25,588 bases of DNA from assembly GCA_043228905.1 (NCBI GenBank), contig JBHGNT010000438.1:1-25588 (forward strand), given 5' to 3'. Shown one piece after another: positions 22,425 to 25,588 of the stretch (position 1 is the first letter of the stretch; every line of letters starts with the position of its first letter). Source of the stretch: Azolla caroliniana (lineage: Eukaryota; Plantae; Polypodiophyta). The notes under the pieces are model-generated. The model did not search any database, was not told the origin of the DNA, and saw only the letters and a program-made list of their open reading frames with translations. The translations under genes were made by a program, and so were the position numbers.

Positions 22425-25400
22425 TGTAGAATTGGTTATTTATATCGTTGTATTTAGTAATATAAAGTTTAGTTAGGAAACCTCTGTGTACGAATTGCTC
22501 TTGCTATCTATTTCATTCTGTCTAAGCTATATTACATAAGTCACGATCTCGGTGTCTGTTATCACCGATAAGTTTACAACTAATTCGTATCTATTCGTCT
22601 AAACCACACTTCTTGATAGAACGTTCGGTACGGACGTTTGTCCTATACTGTATCGGCAAGTAGTAATTGTCGACTGAACAACACAGTATAATTTTGGTAC
22701 ATCGGGTTACATTTGCACATAGTAGAGAACAAGACGAATGGATGTCGTTTGATCCCGATACACCAGTCGGTTGTAAACGTCCTCGTACGCGTTCTGTTAC
22801 GAAGGCGCTAGAGACAGAATTGGCTGAAGAATTACAATCGGAAACAATTAGAAGGTGGCATGTACTGCTTGATTTAACTGATAGCCAGTCTTCGGACGAA
22901 AATCAGTCGGAAGAGGTATCATTTTACGATATCTGGAGTGAGGACAATATGCCTTACCCGTATTCTAAGTTCCGTGAGGGAGCTGATGCAGAAGCGCATG
23001 TGAGGGATTTCCTGACAACATGGGAGATTAACCATGGAGCTCAAAGACTGTCGGCAGCAGCCGAAGATAAGTCTAAGATTGCTGAGTTCGTGTTGTCATT
23101 GGAGTTATTCCGCTAATTGGTTTGCGCAAAATGGTCTTCGTGGGTTCGAAACATTCAAACAATTGACCAACAAATTTCTACAGTTATTTCATCGTCAATA
23201 CCTCAAAAGGATTTGATAGCGCAATTTTATGCGTTGTATCAGGAGCAACATGAAACGGTGTCTCAATTCGTGATCCGTTTTCACAATTTACAACTTCAAA
23301 TTTCTAGGCCTATTCCGGACAATGAATTGAAGGATGTATTCCTTGAAGCAATTTGTGAACCATTACGAACAACACTGAAGGTGTTCGATTTCTGGAATCA
23401 GAATATCGAGCAAGTGATTGATAAGGCAATCGCTAATGTACGGAGTATGGATATGTCAACACTAAATCGTACACTGCCAACGATGGAGTTACAATTTTGA
23501 CAAGTAGTTTAGTGTACTACTTGTTTAAATACTGGTCATTCGGCAATCGAATGTAGTCTACGAACACACTGCACAATATGTCATTCTAAACTTCATTTGG
23601 TCGAGCAATGTGAGTGTAACTTGCTCAATAAGATGACGGTTCCGGTAAGACAATTTTTTTCGGAAAATAGGTACCAAAATAACCAGAATTTGTTCAATAA
23701 TGGGTACCAACAGAATAGTTTTCCACAAAAACAACAAACTAATTTCCAACAAAATAATTTTTAGCACAATCAAGATTTTCAACAAAATAATTTTCAACAA
23801 AATCAAGAATTCTGGTCAGTTTATGCAAGGCGAGGGAAGTGGAACGTTTGTTCCTACTTGCTATATTTGCCGTCAAACTGGTCATTATGCTAATTAGTGT
23901 CCTGCTAAAGGAAACGGACCGGCGGTTAATATGGTTGTACTGGAAATACAGCAAGTAACCACTAGAAGCAAAAGTAAACAATCTGAGTGGGAGATTCAAG
24001 AAGCAGTTCGAAAAGCAGCCAAGGAATGGGTAGAAGAAGCAAACCAAAATAATGTAAACCGGATGCTCCAAGACAATGAAATTACCCAAGCTACCGAGTT
24101 ACCAAGAGCTATTGCTGTACCAGAACAAGAGGAAACTTGGAAGATATTGGCAGATTGCCAAGTATCACTACCATTGACCGGATTACTTAAGTTGGTTCCT
24201 AGATTTACCGAAAAGGTGGTGACATTGATTGCCCAAAAAGGGTCAGAACAAGTATCGGTACACTATAGTCAGCCGAGCACCAACCCTTCAATCATGGATG
24301 AGCAAAATCCATCGATTAAAGTAATAATTCATGGTCAGGAAATCGAAAATGCGATTGTCGATGGTGGCTCAGGAGTAAATGTCATTAATAAAACCACTTG
24401 TGATAGGTTGGGTATTACTAAATGGGAAGCTTGCCCATTTTGGCTAAGAATGGCAGATACCAGTACGGTACGACCAATTGGCTTACTCCGACAATTAGAG
24501 GTGGTGTTGGGTGGTCATAGCTTTCTGATATCGGCAGTAATACTTCATTTGGAAGCTCCTGGTGCATATCCCTTGCTATTAGGTCACCCATGGTTAAAGA
24601 CTGCTAACATCAAGCAGAATTGGAATTAGAATAAACTGACATTTAGAAAAGGCAAAACGAAAATCAGGGTGTCTACACAGAACAAGGTTACGACAAGCAA
24701 ACAATGTTTGCCAGTGCATGCTGAGTCCATCAATATGATGGAAGGATTAGACGAGGTCGAAGAAAATCAGTATTTTGATGATAATTCGAAAATCATTCCT
24801 TTGTTCGAAGCGGATATTTTACAAGCCTTGACGCCATATATGGATGTCTTTGCATGGTCTTTTGAAGATATGAAGGGACTTGACCTAGCTTTCTATCAAC
24901 ATCAAATCAACCTGCATAAGGATGCAAAGCTAGTTCAACAACGCAGGTACCGATTAAATCCTAATTATGCTATTAAAGTAAAAGAAGAAATAGATAAACT
25001 TTTGAAAGTAGGGTTTATTCGTCCGGTGAAAAAATAGACATGGTTAAGTCCAATCGTAGTAGTTCCGAAAAAGAATGGCAAGATTCGGGTATGTGTCGAC
25101 TATCGAAAATTGAATGCGGCTACCGTTACGGATGCGTTCCCATTACCATTTACGGATGGTATATTGGATGCGGTAGCTGGTCATGAAGTCTATAGTTTCC
25201 TAGATGGTTTTAGTGGTTATAATCAGGTTCGGATGAATCTAGAAGATCAAGAAAAGACAGCTTTTGTTACAGAATGGGGAGTGTTTGTAGCGGTAGTAAT
25301 GATGTTTGGCTTGAAGACCGCTCCGGCGACATTCCAAAGAGTGATACAGGAAATATTTGGGGATTACATTCTTGCATTTATGCAAGTCTTTTTGGATGAT

Positions 25401-25588
25401 TTTGCTATTTATAGTCGGAAAACCAAACATTTTGAGCATTTACGACTATGTTTGGAGAAATGTCGGAAAGGTCGGCTTAGTTTAAATCTGGCAAAATGTG
25501 CATTTGGGGTCACTAGTGGCACATTATTAGGCCATATTGTCAGTCAAAAAGGAATTGCAGTGGACATAGACAAGGTTAACGCCATACT
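22425..25588 (+). mobile_element. Ty3/Gypsy retrotransposon (non-chromovirus-type RT motifs), 5' portion: LTR remnant-gag-protease-RT, pseudogenised, runs off the window
   Basis: Gag from ~22742/22949 with three CCHC knuckles; protease AIVDGGSGVNVI ~24351; RT motifs DVFAWS, RVCVDYRKLN, DAFPLP, FLDGFSGYNQV, FGLKTAPATFQR and FLDD (25389-25400) follow the protease directly, which is Gypsy domain order. It carries in-frame stops and frameshifts. Candidate LTR 22425-22608. Confidence 0.93.

Overview
Eukaryotic land-plant genomic DNA; the TE repertoire and giant intron suggest a fern or other non-seed plant, which is inference. The window holds one complete, apparently intact 8-exon gene, PEX16 (peroxisome biogenesis protein 16, SSE1-like; + strand, CDS 1763-20959, 368 aa, all introns GT-AG). 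Its fifth intron is 15,654 bp long and contains a stack of broken transposons: Copia A (-), a LINE 3' end (-), Copia B (-), an AT-rich ~148-bp tandem-repeat insertion, Copia C (-), Copia D (+) and a second, inverted copy of family B (B', +). Every element in the stack has lost one end, as if one large deletion removed the far side of a nested insertion. B' ends in a patchwork of inverted templated fillers. Downstream of the gene are a probable minus-strand LTR with its PPT and the 5' ~3.2 kb of a decayed Ty3/Gypsy element whose Gag has three zinc knuckles and a Q/N-rich tract. I found no convincing new protein-coding system. The most notable signals are structural: the intron architecture, the intronic inverted repeats and the repair scars.
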